The notes under the pieces were generated by a model that searched no databases, was not told the origin of the DNA, and saw only the letters and a program-made list of their open reading frames with translations. Below, one piece after another: positions 1-8,555 of a DNA stretch of 64,000 nucleotides (positions are counted from its first letter, which is position 1; each line of letters begins with the position of its first letter). Source of the stretch: an uncultured Candidatus Saccharibacteria bacterium (lineage in GTDB: Bacteria > Patescibacteriota > Minisyncoccia > Phycocordibacterales > UBA918). The stretch spans positions 54,623 to 118,622 of the forward strand of contig CAZBMV010000001.1 in NCBI GenBank assembly GCA_964493145.1, written 5' to 3'. Position numbers and translations under genes: made by a program.

Positions 1-2567
1 GCGTACATGTAGAGATCAGAAATTTCTTTTCCTGAGGTGCCGCTGAAGAAAATGTTGAGCGACTGTGACTGGTCAATCCACTTTCCTCGTGTTGCGCCCG
101 CCTTCATAATCCAGCGCATGTCAATCTCAAACGTCTCCTTGTACTTCTGTTTGAGTTCAACGGGAACACTCGGGATGTCTCTCAGACTTCCATCGTTGTA
201 CTTGATTGCCGAGAGCATTTCAGTATTCCACAAGCCGATTTTTTTGAGATCTTCCACGAGGTACGGGTTCACGATAATGAAGTCTCCGGAAATATTTGAT
301 TTCACGTAGATGTTTTTGTAAATCGGCTCGTTCCCCGGAATGGAACCGGCAATGTTTGCAATGGTTGCCGTCGGCGCAATCGCCATGGTATTTGAATTTC
401 GCATACCGTACTGCTTCACCGCATCGCGTACAACACTCCAGTCAAGTCGCTCGGTGCGGTCAATGCCCGTGGGGATACCACGCTCCTCTTCCACGAGTGC
501 AATGGTATCCACAGGGAAGATTCCTCTGTCCCACTTTGAGCCTCTGAAGCTTTGGTACGCACCGCGTTCGCGTGCGAGATCGGTTGACGCGAGGATGGTG
601 TAGTACGCGATAATCTCCATTGAGGTATCAGAGAATTCTGCACACTCTTCCGACGCAAATGGAATATTGAGCATGTAGAGCGCATCTTGGAAACCCATAA
701 TACCTAAGCCCACGGGACGGTGCTTCATGTTTGAGTTCCGTGCCTCAACCGTTGGATAAAAGTTGAGATCAATGACGTTGTCAAGCATGCGCATCGCTGT
801 CGTTGTCGTCTCGCGAACCATTTCACGATCAAAGGACCCGTTCACGATATGCTTCGGATAGTTGATGGAGCCCAAGTTACATACGGCAGTTTCCTCCGCG
901 GAGGTGTTGAGCGTAATTTCCGTACAGAGGTTGGAGCTATGAATGACGCCAACGTGATCTTGCGGTGAACGAATGTTTGAAGGGTCTTTGAATGTAATCC
1001 ATGGGTGACCAGTTTCAAAGAGCATGGAGAGCATTTTTTTCCAAAGGTCGCGCGCTTTCATTCGCTTCCAAATTTTCATTTCCCCACGACGTGCCATTTC
1101 CTCATACTTCACGTACAGTTCCTCAAACTTCTTTCCGTACGTTTCGGTGAGGTCCACTGCCTCATCGGGTGAAAAGAGTGTCCACTCGGCGTCATCGCGC
1201 ACGCGCTTCATGAAGAGGTCGGAAACCCACGCCGCAGTGTTCATGTCGTGTGTACGACGTCGCTCATCTCCGGTGTTTTTGCGAAGTTCAAGAAAATCCT
1301 CAAAATCAACGTGCCAATTTTCCATGTACACGCACGATGCACCGCGGCGGCGACCAGAGCGGTTGATGGCGACCGTGACGTCGTTTGCAATCTTAAGAAA
1401 CGGAATGACCCCCTGTGAGGTGATGCCCGCCGCCTTGATTTCGGCACCCATACCGCGAAGTTTGCTCCACGCGGTTCCGATGCCGCCCGCCCACTTTGAG
1501 AGCATCGCGTTGTCGCCGTACACCTTGAAAATATGCTTTAGGTCGTCCTCAACAACATTGAGGTAACACGAGGAAAGTTGCGGGTGTGGTGTCCCGGCGT
1601 GGAAGAGTGTCGGTGTAGACGGGACGAAGCGCATGAGCGACATGATGTTGTAAAACTCAACCGCGCGCGTCTCTTTTTCCTGTTCATTGAGCGCGAGTCC
1701 CATGGCGATACGCATCCACATCATCTGTGGTGTCTCTATGAGTTTCCCCTCAACGCGAATGAAGTATCGGTCATTGAGTGTTTCAATGCCAATGTATTTA
1801 AAGAGGTCGTCGCGAGAGGGGTCAATGTGTTCGGCGAGTTTTTCAAGATTGAAGGAGAGCATCGTGGCGTCGTACTTCTTCGCCTCAACGCCTCGGCGCA
1901 TGTTACGGACAAACGCGTCTCGGTATACCTTTACCCGTTCCTCACGCGAAACCGAACTCAGGTTCCCCACCGCCTCATCGGCGATGCGTCGTGCGAGTTG
2001 GCGTGCGGCGACAACCGAGTACGCGGGGTCTTCCTCAATGCGTGAGCGCAACACGAGTGTCACGAGTTTGGATAGTTCTGCTGTCTTAATGCCGTCGTAC
2101 ACCTCTCGCTCCACCTGCGCGACGATGTCTTCGGTGCGGATTTCATTTTCATGCCCTGCGGTAAACTCAGAAAGGTACGCGCGCATTTTTTCGCGAGAGA
2201 ATTGTTCCTTGCTCCCGTCAGATCGTTCCACCGTGAGGCGCTGCTCTTCAATTTCTTTGACCACCTCCTGCTTTCGTTCTTCGCTCTGCTTGAAGCGATA
2301 CAAAATATACGCCTTCGCAACACCGAAGTACCCCTGCTCCATGAGCGCGTTCTCCACGAGGTCTTGCACCTGCTCGACGGTCGGACAATGTTCTTTCCCC
2401 TCGCAGAGAGTACCGAGGTTCGCTACAACCCGCTCAGTCATCTGTTCCAGTGTCACATCATCAACAGACACCTGTTCGGCGGCAAACGCCTTCTTCATGA
2501 CGATGACAATCTTCGTCGGATCAAAGGGGGCCGACATTCCGTTTCGTTTGATAATTGTGGTGATCAT
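1..2567 (-). CDS. ribonucleotide reductase catalytic (large) subunit, partial; C-terminus runs off the window start
   Basis: Minus-strand reading frame open to the window edge, start codon complement at 2565-2567. Translation begins MITTIIKRNGMSAPFDPTKI (ATP-cone-like) and carries SSNLCTEITLN and CNLGSINY motifs typical of RNR large subunits. Missing from the ORF track only because there is no in-window stop. Confidence 0.8.
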   Translation of the reverse strand, partial: MITTIIKRNGMSAPFDPTKIVIVMKKAFAAEQVSVDDVTLEQMTERVVANLGTLCEGKEHCPTVEQVQDLVENALMEQGYFGVAKAYILYRFKQSEERKQEVVKEIEEQRLTVERSDGSKEQFSREKMRAYLSEFTAGHENEIRTEDIVAQVEREVYDGIKTAELSKLVTLVLRSRIEEDPAYSVVAARQLARRIADEAVGNLSSVSREERVKVYRDAFVRNMRRGVEAKKYDATMLSFNLEKLAEHIDPSRDDLFKYIGIETLNDRYFIRVEGKLIETPQMMWMRIAMGLALNEQEKETRAVEFYNIMSLMRFVPSTPTLFHAGTPHPQLSSCYLNVVEDDLKHIFKVYGDNAMLSKWAGGIGTAWSKLRGMGAEIKAAGITSQGVIPFLKIANDVTVAINRSGRRRGASCVYMENWHVDFEDFLELRKNTGDERRRTHDMNTAAWVSDLFMKRVRDDAEWTLFSPDEAVDLTETYGKKFEELYVKYEEMARRGEMKIWKRMKARDLWKKMLSMLFETGHPWITFKDPSNIRSPQDHVGVIHSSNLCTEITLNTSAEETAVCNLGSINYPKHIVNGSFDREMVRETTTTAMRMLDNVIDLNFYPTVEARNSNMKHRPVGLGIMGFQDALYMLNIPFASEECAEFSDTSMEIIAYYTILASTDLARERGAYQSFRGSKWDRGIFPVDTIALVEEERGIPTGIDRTERLDWSVVRDAVKQYGMRNSNTMAIAPTATIANIAGSIPGNEPIYKNIYVKSNISGDFIIVNPYLVEDLKKIGLWNTEMLSAIKYNDGSLRDIPSVPVELKQKYKETFEIDMRWIMKAGATRGKWIDQSQSLNIFFSGTSGKEISDLYMY

Positions 2568-2888
2568 AGCGCTGTATCGTTATGTATAAATAATCCGTTC
2601 GTACATTTTTTTGAGGGCTCTTAAGCACGCCACCTGTCTTGTGGTTTCTGAAATTTCTAATGTGCCCTTTCCGACACACGAAGAGCAAAGGCGTGTGTTA
2701 TACGCATAATAGCATGTCGTGCAAAACTCAAAATTTCGCCTATTCTATGAGACGAGCCGATGCTCTTAAGCAAAATATGGGTTTTTGTGACAGGGTGTAC
2801 AAAACCCACACAAAAGGTGCTGTGGATAGCAATATTTATCTTCGTGGGGCAAGACTTGAAACAGGATTTTTATTGTTTCCGAATGAAC

Positions 2889-2917
2889 AAAACCCCGTGC
2901 CGAAGGCGCGGGGTTTT
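2889..2917. terminator. GC-rich hairpin flanked by A- and T-runs; likely bidirectional intrinsic terminator after mscL
   Basis: AAAACCCCGTGCC-GAAG-GCGCGGGGTTTT, immediately 3' of the mscL stop. Confidence 0.55.
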
Positions 2918-2929
2918 GTTCATCAGCCA

Positions 2930-3298
2930 CTATTTTTTGAGACTGTCTCTGATTTCCCTAAGGAGGAGAATTTCTTCGCTTGGCGAAGGTGCTTCTTGCT
3001 TCTGCGACTTTTGGAAACGATTGAGTGCACGCAGTGTGAGGAAGATAACGAAAGCAATGATGGTGAAATCAATCACCGCCTGAATGAATTTTCCGTACTG
3101 AAGTGATATCGTGCCAACCGATACGGAGAGGCTAGTAAAATCAAGACCACCGAGAAAGATGCCGATGATGGGCATGAACATCGTATCAACGAGCGATGAG
3201 ACGATTTTGCCGAATGCGGTACCGATAATGACCGCAACCGCAAGATCAACAACGTTGCCCCGAATCGCGAACGCTTTAAATTCTTCTAGTATTTTCAT
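2930..3298 (-). CDS. mscL: large-conductance mechanosensitive channel
   Basis: 122 aa. FKAFAIRGNVVDLAVAVIIGTAFGKIVSSLVD...MPIIG matches the MscL N-terminal signature almost residue for residue. Confidence 0.9.
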   Translation of the reverse strand: MKILEEFKAFAIRGNVVDLAVAVIIGTAFGKIVSSLVDTMFMPIIGIFLGGLDFTSLSVSVGTISLQYGKFIQAVIDFTIIAFVIFLTLRALNRFQKSQKQEAPSPSEEILLLREIRDSLKK

Positions 3299-3324
3299 AC
3301 ATAACAGTATACACTTTTCTAAAT

Positions 3325-4107
3325 ATGCTCACATACATTTTCATAGCAACACTCAGCATTGCACTACTTTCCCTCGTTGGAAGTTTTTTCTTTAACACAA
3401 AAGACACCGCAAACAAAACGCACACCTTCGTCCTCCCCGTTGCGGTCGGCGTCTTTCTCGGTGTCGTTTTTTTTGAACTTCTCCCAGAGACGTACGAAGC
3501 TTCTCACGTGTGGGGCCCTGTTGCCATTGCGTGCGGCTTTTTCGGATTTTACATACTCTCGCACATGCTCCACACATTCCATCACCACCATGCACATGAT
3601 GAAGACTCGTGCGTGGGAACCGGTGGCAAGATGCTTCTCATTGGTGATGCAATCCACAACGTGGCCGACGGCGTCGTCATCGCATCTGCATTCATGGTAA
3701 ATCCACTTGCGGGTGTTGTGACAACGGTGGGCATAGCACTCCATGAAATTCCTCAAGAAATTGCAGAGTTTGGCGTGCTCCTCCGTTCGGGATACTCACG
3801 CCAGAAAGCGCGTGTGCTCAATTTCATATCGGCGACAAGCGTTTTTGTCGGTGCGCTTTTCACCTATTTTTTTGCACAAACCACTGAGGGATACGTCTTC
3901 GTCCTCACCGGTATAGCAGCCGGTAACCTTCTTTATATTGCATCCGCTGATCTCATTCCCGAACTTCGCGAATCACACAAAGAGCACTTCGCCGCGACAC
4001 TCGTTGCAACGCTCGCGGGATTCGTACTCATCGGCGGACTTATTTCATACACACACGAGAACTTGCCTGAATACGGTAATTCTTCGGAAGAATTCCACGA
4101 TTTATAG
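3325..4107 (+). CDS. zupT: ZIP-family zinc/metal transporter (ZupT-like)
   Basis: 260 aa polytopic protein with a His-rich loop (HHHHAHDED) and the ZIP motifs HNVADG and HEIPQEIAEFGVLL. Confidence 0.75.
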   Translation: MLTYIFIATLSIALLSLVGSFFFNTKDTANKTHTFVLPVAVGVFLGVVFFELLPETYEASHVWGPVAIACGFFGFYILSHMLHTFHHHHAHDEDSCVGTGGKMLLIGDAIHNVADGVVIASAFMVNPLAGVVTTVGIALHEIPQEIAEFGVLLRSGYSRQKARVLNFISATSVFVGALFTYFFAQTTEGYVFVLTGIAAGNLLYIASADLIPELRESHKEHFAATLVATLAGFVLIGGLISYTHENLPEYGNSSEEFHDL

Positions 4108-4563
4108 ACCCCAAAGAAGACGGGCGATATAGTACCCAAATCCCGCACCTATCACAAAAATGAGAATGGCAGTGCCAATGATATCTGTTGAACTCATTCC
4201 TCCATTATACGTGAATGTATATTTCTGTCTCATTTGTTGACTTTAAAACGGGGTCATAGTATACATATGCCTTTCCATCGTACGAATTTCAGTGAAACAA
4301 CACAGGCAGTGTGCTCGGAACGAACGTTTTTGTCACACTGCCTGTGTGGTTTTGCAGGCATCTGTTCAAACAACAACCTGAGGTACGTTAGATGGAAAAT
4401 ACACAAGAAATAGACCTGAACAAAACCCAAGAACAAGGAGGCCTTGGGAATGGCAACGAGGGGAATCCACAGCACATCTCGCATCACCACGAGTTCGGAA
4501 AAATGCTCGCGGTAACGAGAATGTACTGGGGCATCGTAGAGTAGCCACATCAGGTCAACAGTC

Positions 4564-4592
4564 AAAGCCGGAGCATTCGCTCCGGCTTTTTT
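4564..4592. terminator. intrinsic terminator-like hairpin + T-run
   Basis: AAAGCCGGAGC-ATTC-GCTCCGGCTTTTTT. Confidence 0.5.
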
Positions 4593-4595
4593 ATT

Positions 4596-4613
4596 TGGGC
4601 GGCTACCGGGAAT
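4596..4613 (-). repeat. 18-nt duplicate of the tRNA-His 3' end (TGGGCGGCTACCGGGAAT), att-like
   Basis: Identical to 7335-7352 (the 3' end of the tRNA-His gene). A further 14-nt copy lies at 7061-7074 and an inverted 16-nt copy at 4745-4760. Confidence 0.55.
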
Positions 4614-4755
4614 ATCGGTCATTACATGACCAGTATCCGTTCAGGATATTTTTGTTCGTCTGACGACTCCAAAACTATCTCTGAACAGCTTCGATTCGCG
4701 TTACGGCTTTTCTGTTTCGTTGTCACCTCACAGAAAACCCTACGCCCGGTAGCCG

Positions 4756-4799
4756 CCCAGAATATAAAAAACTCCCGAAGGAGTTTTTTATATTCTGGG
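4756..4799. repeat. 20-bp perfect-stem hairpin (CCCAGAATATAAAAAACTCC-CGAAGG-GGAGTTTTTTATATTCTGGG)
   Basis: Inverted repeat seen directly; abuts the inverted tRNA-His 3' copy. Confidence 0.5.
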
Positions 4800-4888
4800 C
4801 GACGTCGTAGAGGACGTTAGAACTGTGTTTGAGAGGTTGGGGGATGCGAGTATTTATATTCCGACGTTCTTCTCCACCCCTGAGTGCA

Positions 4889-5503
4889 CTATTTCTTGAG
4901 TAGATACTTGAGCCAGACCGTTTTCTTTCCTGGGTTGGTCCAAGCATCTTGTTTGATGACTTTCAAATTATATTGCTGAAAAATTTCTTGCAACTTTTCT
5001 GGTTGCCAGTATGAGAAGAACCTCTGATACTCATACCCGTAATCATTTTCCACAACTACTTTTTCGTCGTCACCCTCTTTAAGAGCAATGTGGAGTATCC
5101 CGCTTGGTTTGAGTATGCGACAAATTTCACCAAAAACAAAATTGATTTTTTCTTTTGGAATATGGAGTAGCGACGCTTTTGCAAACACTCCATCAAAATA
5201 CTCGTCGGCATAAGGCAAGACGGAAAGCATATCTCCTTGCAGAAAAGTTGCTGATGGTAATTTCTCACGAGCAATCTTTAAGAGGCCTTCTGATAAATCA
5301 AACCCCTGTACATCAAAACCTCGGAGCGTGAGTTTCTTTGTTTCAACGCCAGGACCGCAACCTAAATCTAAAACTTTTGCATTTTGGAAAAGTGCTTCAC
5401 TAAAAAAGTCCACGAAGTCATTGTCCCAGCTATCGTTCTCGTGGTCCTTTGAGTAATCGCTGGCAATTTTGTTATATGTATCTGCAAGTATGTTCGTTTC
5501 CAT
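4889..5503 (-). CDS. class I SAM-dependent methyltransferase
   Basis: 204 aa with motif I VLDLGCGPG and the acidic post-I region; small-molecule MTase-like. Confidence 0.75.
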   Translation of the reverse strand: METNILADTYNKIASDYSKDHENDSWDNDFVDFFSEALFQNAKVLDLGCGPGVETKKLTLRGFDVQGFDLSEGLLKIAREKLPSATFLQGDMLSVLPYADEYFDGVFAKASLLHIPKEKINFVFGEICRILKPSGILHIALKEGDDEKVVVENDYGYEYQRFFSYWQPEKLQEIFQQYNLKVIKQDAWTNPGKKTVWLKYLLKK

Positions 5504-5540
5504 TCAAAAAGTATATCAAATTACCCCACACTCTGGTTCA

Positions 5541-6068
5541 CTACACATTAACCTCAATAATCCCTCCATCACCAATTTTGTCAGGAATACTTTTTCCTAA
5601 ATGTGCGAGTATCTGTTTAATTGGTCCACCGTGAGATACGACCGCTATCGTGTTGTATTCCTTCTGTGTTATTTTTCCAAACGTATCTAAAACTCTGTTT
5701 CTAAAATCAGCAAAACTTTCCCCTTCAGGGTCAGTATTCAAAGGGTCCTTGTGTGCCTCAACCACTTCAGGATATTTCTCCAAAGCTTCTGCCTTCGTAA
5801 GACCAGAGAGTACTCCGTAACTCCTTTCTTCAAGTCCATTCACAATCTCAACAGGACACTCTATTTTTGAGCTTATGATTTCGGCACTTTCCCTCGCTCT
5901 AATTAAAGGGCTGACGAAAATAATTTCAATGCCTTTGCCAACTAAATTATCAGCCGTTACGGTGAGCTGTTCCTTTCCCAAGTCAGTAAGGTTGTCATCG
6001 TAGCTCCCGCCGTATCTGTCTTCCACATCACCCGTCGTCTCCCCGTGCCTTACCAAAAATATTTTCAT
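5541..6068 (-). CDS. histidine phosphatase family protein (phosphoglycerate-mutase-like)
   Basis: 175 aa; N-terminal LVRHGET (RHG catalytic motif) and a downstream SHGG. Confidence 0.75.
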   Translation of the reverse strand: MKIFLVRHGETTGDVEDRYGGSYDDNLTDLGKEQLTVTADNLVGKGIEIIFVSPLIRARESAEIISSKIECPVEIVNGLEERSYGVLSGLTKAEALEKYPEVVEAHKDPLNTDPEGESFADFRNRVLDTFGKITQKEYNTIAVVSHGGPIKQILAHLGKSIPDKIGDGGIIEVNV

Positions 6069-6083
6069 ACTTACCTTAACTAT

Positions 6084-6992
6084 TTATTTAATCCAAGAAG
6101 CTAACGCGTCTGCCAAATTTTGCTCAAAACCGTTATACCCGTGGTCAGCATCACCGAGAATATTCGTCTCAACCTTGGGTGAGTTGAGTAAAGCCCCCTT
6201 TATCCTATTCATTGTCTCCTCAATTGAAACTACGAGGGCATCATCTTTCCTTCCCATAATTGCATATGTTGGAATGGTTATCTTTGCGAGGAGTGGGAGT
6301 GTATCACTGGGGTTATGAAAGTTGAATATTGCGACAGGCGAATGTTCTCCGCCAAGACTAATGTACGACTTCGCCGAAAGCGGACTTTCATCCCATAATG
6401 CAGGGTTCGGCAGAAGTTCATCGCCCCTCCCTTCGGCAACCATTTGTTGTGCGGTGTTCATATCTACCTCATAATTTTTATCCAACTTTATGAGACCGAC
6501 CATATCGGAGGGTGAAAGGAAAATGACCGAGGAAAGTCTTTCGTCATTTGCCTCTGCGGAATAATATGCAACCTTCGGAGCACCGAGACTGTGTCCCGAG
6601 AGATGAATGTTTGAGAAACCTCTTGACGAGACAAAATCAATCGCTGTTCGTATATCAATCAGACTGTCTTCAAATTTCTCATATGCGTTTCCAATTCTCA
6701 CAATCGTCCGCTTTCCGTCCATAATTTTCGTTAGGTCCTTCATCAGTTCGCAACCACGATTATTGAAAGCGAGGAATGCAATATTATTGCTTGTTAGAGT
6801 TTCGGCAATAGCATCTAGGAATTTGTTTTCATAAAAATTACCCGCCATTCCGTGAACGTGCACAAGGATTTTGCCAGTTGTCTGCTCTGGTTCATACAAA
6901 AGACCAACTAGCTCTAGACCGTCTTGTGTGACCATCCTATGGAATGATGTTTTCATAATGGTGATAGAAGTATACCAAAAATTAATTCTCAC
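6084..6992 (-). CDS. alpha/beta-fold hydrolase
   Basis: 302 aa; HVHGMAGN oxyanion-region motif and GHSLGA nucleophile elbow. Confidence 0.7.
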   Translation of the reverse strand: MRINFWYTSITIMKTSFHRMVTQDGLELVGLLYEPEQTTGKILVHVHGMAGNFYENKFLDAIAETLTSNNIAFLAFNNRGCELMKDLTKIMDGKRTIVRIGNAYEKFEDSLIDIRTAIDFVSSRGFSNIHLSGHSLGAPKVAYYSAEANDERLSSVIFLSPSDMVGLIKLDKNYEVDMNTAQQMVAEGRGDELLPNPALWDESPLSAKSYISLGGEHSPVAIFNFHNPSDTLPLLAKITIPTYAIMGRKDDALVVSIEETMNRIKGALLNSPKVETNILGDADHGYNGFEQNLADALASWIK

Positions 6993-7009
6993 TAGGGTAT
7001 CGTTTGGCT

Positions 7010-7059
7010 AGAACCAAAATGTCCCCTGTTTAGGGGATATTTTGGTTCTTTTTTTCTTT
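7010..7059 (+). terminator. strong plus-strand intrinsic terminator (11-bp outer + 6-bp inner stem, then TTTTTTCTTT)
   Basis: AGAACCAAAAT GTCCCCT GTTT AGGGGAT ATTTTGGTTCT TTTTTTCTTT. No plus-strand gene lies upstream. Confidence 0.45.
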
Positions 7060-7073
7060 AGGGCGGCTACCGG

Positions 7074-7163
7074 GTGAGAAAGTGCGGGGCACTTTTGCAA
7101 GAGGTTGTCGACAGTTTGAGGACACGAGAACTGTCATACAACCTGAACAGTTCCTGTAAGGAA
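7074..7163. ncRNA. structured repeat element, family 2, copy 1 (candidate small RNA / 3'-UTR element)
   Basis: GTGAGAAAGTGC-GGGG-GCACTTTTGCAAGAGGTTGTCGACAG...CTGTCATACAACCTGAACAG-TTC-CTGTAAGGAA. A second copy at 61283-61379 keeps the stems through compensatory changes. Confidence 0.35.
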
Positions 7164-7289
7164 TCGGCGTCCAACTCTAGTTCACTACGTTCACAAGAGT
7201 TACCTGCCCGCGGTTCGCTGGTTCGTCGCATTATGAGAGCGACTTACATCGCGAACCGTTCGATTCCGGACGCGAGCTCCGCTCGCTTA

Positions 7290-7345
7290 GCCGCCCAGAC
7301 ATGTGAAAAGCCCCTTACGGGGCCTTCACATGTCTGGGCGGCTAC
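7290..7345. repeat. 18-bp perfect inverted repeat (GCCGCCCAGACATGTGAA...TTCACATGTCTGGGCGGC) enclosing a GCCCC/GGGGC inner hairpin; overlaps the tRNA-His 3' end
   Basis: Seen directly. Likely processing or terminator structure downstream of tRNA-His on the minus strand. Confidence 0.5.
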
Positions 7346-7408
7346 CGGGAATCGAACCCGAGACACAAGTGCCACAAACTTGAGTTTTACCACTAAACTA
7401 TAGCCGCC
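7335..7408 (-). tRNA. tRNA-His (anticodon GTG), with extra 5' G
   Basis: RC reads GGCGGCTATAGTTTAGTGGTAAAACTCAAGTTTGTGGCACTTGTGTCTCGGGTTCGATTCCCGGTAGCCGCCCA. Cloverleaf folds, anticodon loop is TTGTGGC, T-loop is TTCGATT. Confidence 0.85.
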
Positions 7409-7437
7409 ATGTGCGCATAGTTATAGCGGTTTTCTTG

Positions 7438-8337
7438 TCACTTGTCGAGGTGTTCCCCTTTCAAAAAGCGCGTGCTGTCTTGAAAGACACTCCCCTCCTT
7501 GAACTCGTTGTGAAATTCGGATGGCAGAAGCTGAATGTCGTCGTCCGGTAAAATCCATCGCACTTCGTCTATTTCGTGCGCGTGAGTCTTCTCTCTTTCA
7601 TCGTGCGTAAGGTAATCAGCACCGTTTGCAATCTCAAAGAAAAATTCAACTGACTGTACTCCGCCGGTATTTACAAATGTGTACACGTATAAGAGTCTGC
7701 CTACCACCGGTTTCACGCCAAGCTCTTCTACGAGTTCCCGTTCTATACACTCTTTCGGATTTTCTCCAACATCAAGATGTCCCCCCGGAAGTGCGTAAAA
7801 ATCTCGCTCCGGGTGATGGACGGCGAGAAGTTTCCCATCGTGAATGATAACCGCGCGACTGCGGACGGTGTGTGTATGCATGGACGTAAGTATACAAGAA
7901 AAACGAGTGCGGGAGCACTCGTTTGATGGACATTCGTTTGGTGACTTTGGTGGAAGATCATTGAGTAAGCTTAAAACCATTGCGCGTTTTTCGGCAAAAT
8001 CAAAATGTGGGTGTGTTTGACTGCACCAATCAATCGCTCGCACCCATGCGCACACGAGGCGCCTCCCTTCCAGGGAGAGCCCTATGTACACTCCGGGGTT
8101 CCGGTAAAACCACTCAATGAAACAGGCCGATGCGTTGCACTCAGCCCGTATTGCCGCGAGTGCATTGTATGCTCTGCAAACGTTACGAAATTCAAACGCC
8201 AAGTACACCGTAATAACGGTAAAGCACACGACTACTCCCTGTATCATGTGAACCTCCCGAGAGAACGAATACTTCATATACTGTACACAATAAAAGAGAA
8301 ACATGGAACAATCTTCCCAAATCCTCTGCCCATACAA
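7438..8337 (-). CDS. NUDIX hydrolase; the functional protein probably starts at the internal Met (7881), giving ~147 aa
   Basis: C-terminal half carries the Nudix box GGHLDVGENPKECIERELVEELG. The N-terminal 150 aa of the long ORF is low-quality sequence running toward tRNA-Leu. Confidence 0.7.
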   Translation of the reverse strand: MYGQRIWEDCSMFLFYCVQYMKYSFSREVHMIQGVVVCFTVITVYLAFEFRNVCRAYNALAAIRAECNASACFIEWFYRNPGVYIGLSLEGRRLVCAWVRAIDWCSQTHPHFDFAEKRAMVLSLLNDLPPKSPNECPSNECSRTRFSCILTSMHTHTVRSRAVIIHDGKLLAVHHPERDFYALPGGHLDVGENPKECIERELVEELGVKPVVGRLLYVYTFVNTGGVQSVEFFFEIANGADYLTHDEREKTHAHEIDEVRWILPDDDIQLLPSEFHNEFKEGSVFQDSTRFLKGEHLDK

Positions 8338-8364
8338 AAAGACCGGCAGAAAGCCGGTCTTTTT
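8336..8364. terminator. hairpin + T-run (AAAAAGACCGGC-AGAA-AGCCGGTCTTTTT)
   Basis: Seen directly, between the tRNA-Leu 3' end and the NUDIX ORF. Confidence 0.5.
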
Positions 8365-8367
8365 GTA

Positions 8368-8454
8368 TGGTGCTCAGGAGAGGATTTGAACCTCCATGCC
8401 CGTGAAGGCGCTACCACCTCAAGGTAGTGCGTCTACCAATTTCGCCACCTGAGC
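8368..8454 (-). tRNA. tRNA-Leu (anticodon GAG), CCA encoded
   Basis: RC reads GCTCAGGTGGCGAAATTGGTAGACGCACTACCTTGAGGTGGTAGCGCCTTCACGGGCATGGAGGTTCAAATCCTCTCCTGAGCACCA. Long variable arm, anticodon loop CTTGAGG. Confidence 0.85.
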
Positions 8455-8511
8455 ATCTTTCAGGAAAAATCCTGAGAACGCAGTATAACTAATATTATCT
8501 TTATTTTCAAC

Positions 8512-8545
8512 AAAAACCGCGCGGCCTTTGGCCGCGCGGTTTTTG
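8512..8545. terminator. bidirectional intrinsic terminator (AAAAACCGCGCGGCC-TTT-GGCCGCGCGGTTTTT)
   Basis: Perfect 12-bp GC stem with an A-run on one side and a T-run on the other; lies 3' of rplS. Confidence 0.65.
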
Positions 8546-8555
8546 TTGGTACGTA

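Noticed and set aside
2568-2888. NrdR box or cobalamin riboswitch upstream of the RNR gene
   Set aside because: Scanning the 5' region on the minus strand found no ACACTATATATAGTGT-like tandem NrdR boxes and no B12-box (GCCACTG-like) core, only generic AT-rich promoter-like sequence.
4254-4622. 122-aa minus-strand ORF between zupT and the methyltransferase
   Set aside because: There is no motif. It runs through a terminator hairpin (4564-4592), the tRNA-His 3' duplicate and a 14-bp inverted repeat (4298-4348), and its composition is atypical. More likely non-coding island-boundary sequence.
4596-7408. Calling the tRNA-His-bounded islet an intact integrative mobile element
   Set aside because: No integrase, excisionase or transposase gene lies inside or adjacent. 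Only att-like duplicates and accessory genes are present, so it is reported as a probable relic island rather than annotated as a mobile_element.
7882-8337. N-terminal 152-aa extension of the NUDIX ORF, and similar long N-terminal extensions of the SpoU MTase (20543-21079), RluA (10005-10175), polA (25948-26037), ruvX (15517-15663), ruvC (30742-30840) and the VirB6-like gene (50200-50400)
   Set aside because: The extensions lack family similarity, overlap neighbouring genes or tRNAs, and a well-placed internal Met begins exactly where family homology starts. They are treated as ORF-finder artefacts, although a fused N-terminal membrane segment on the NUDIX protein cannot be fully excluded.
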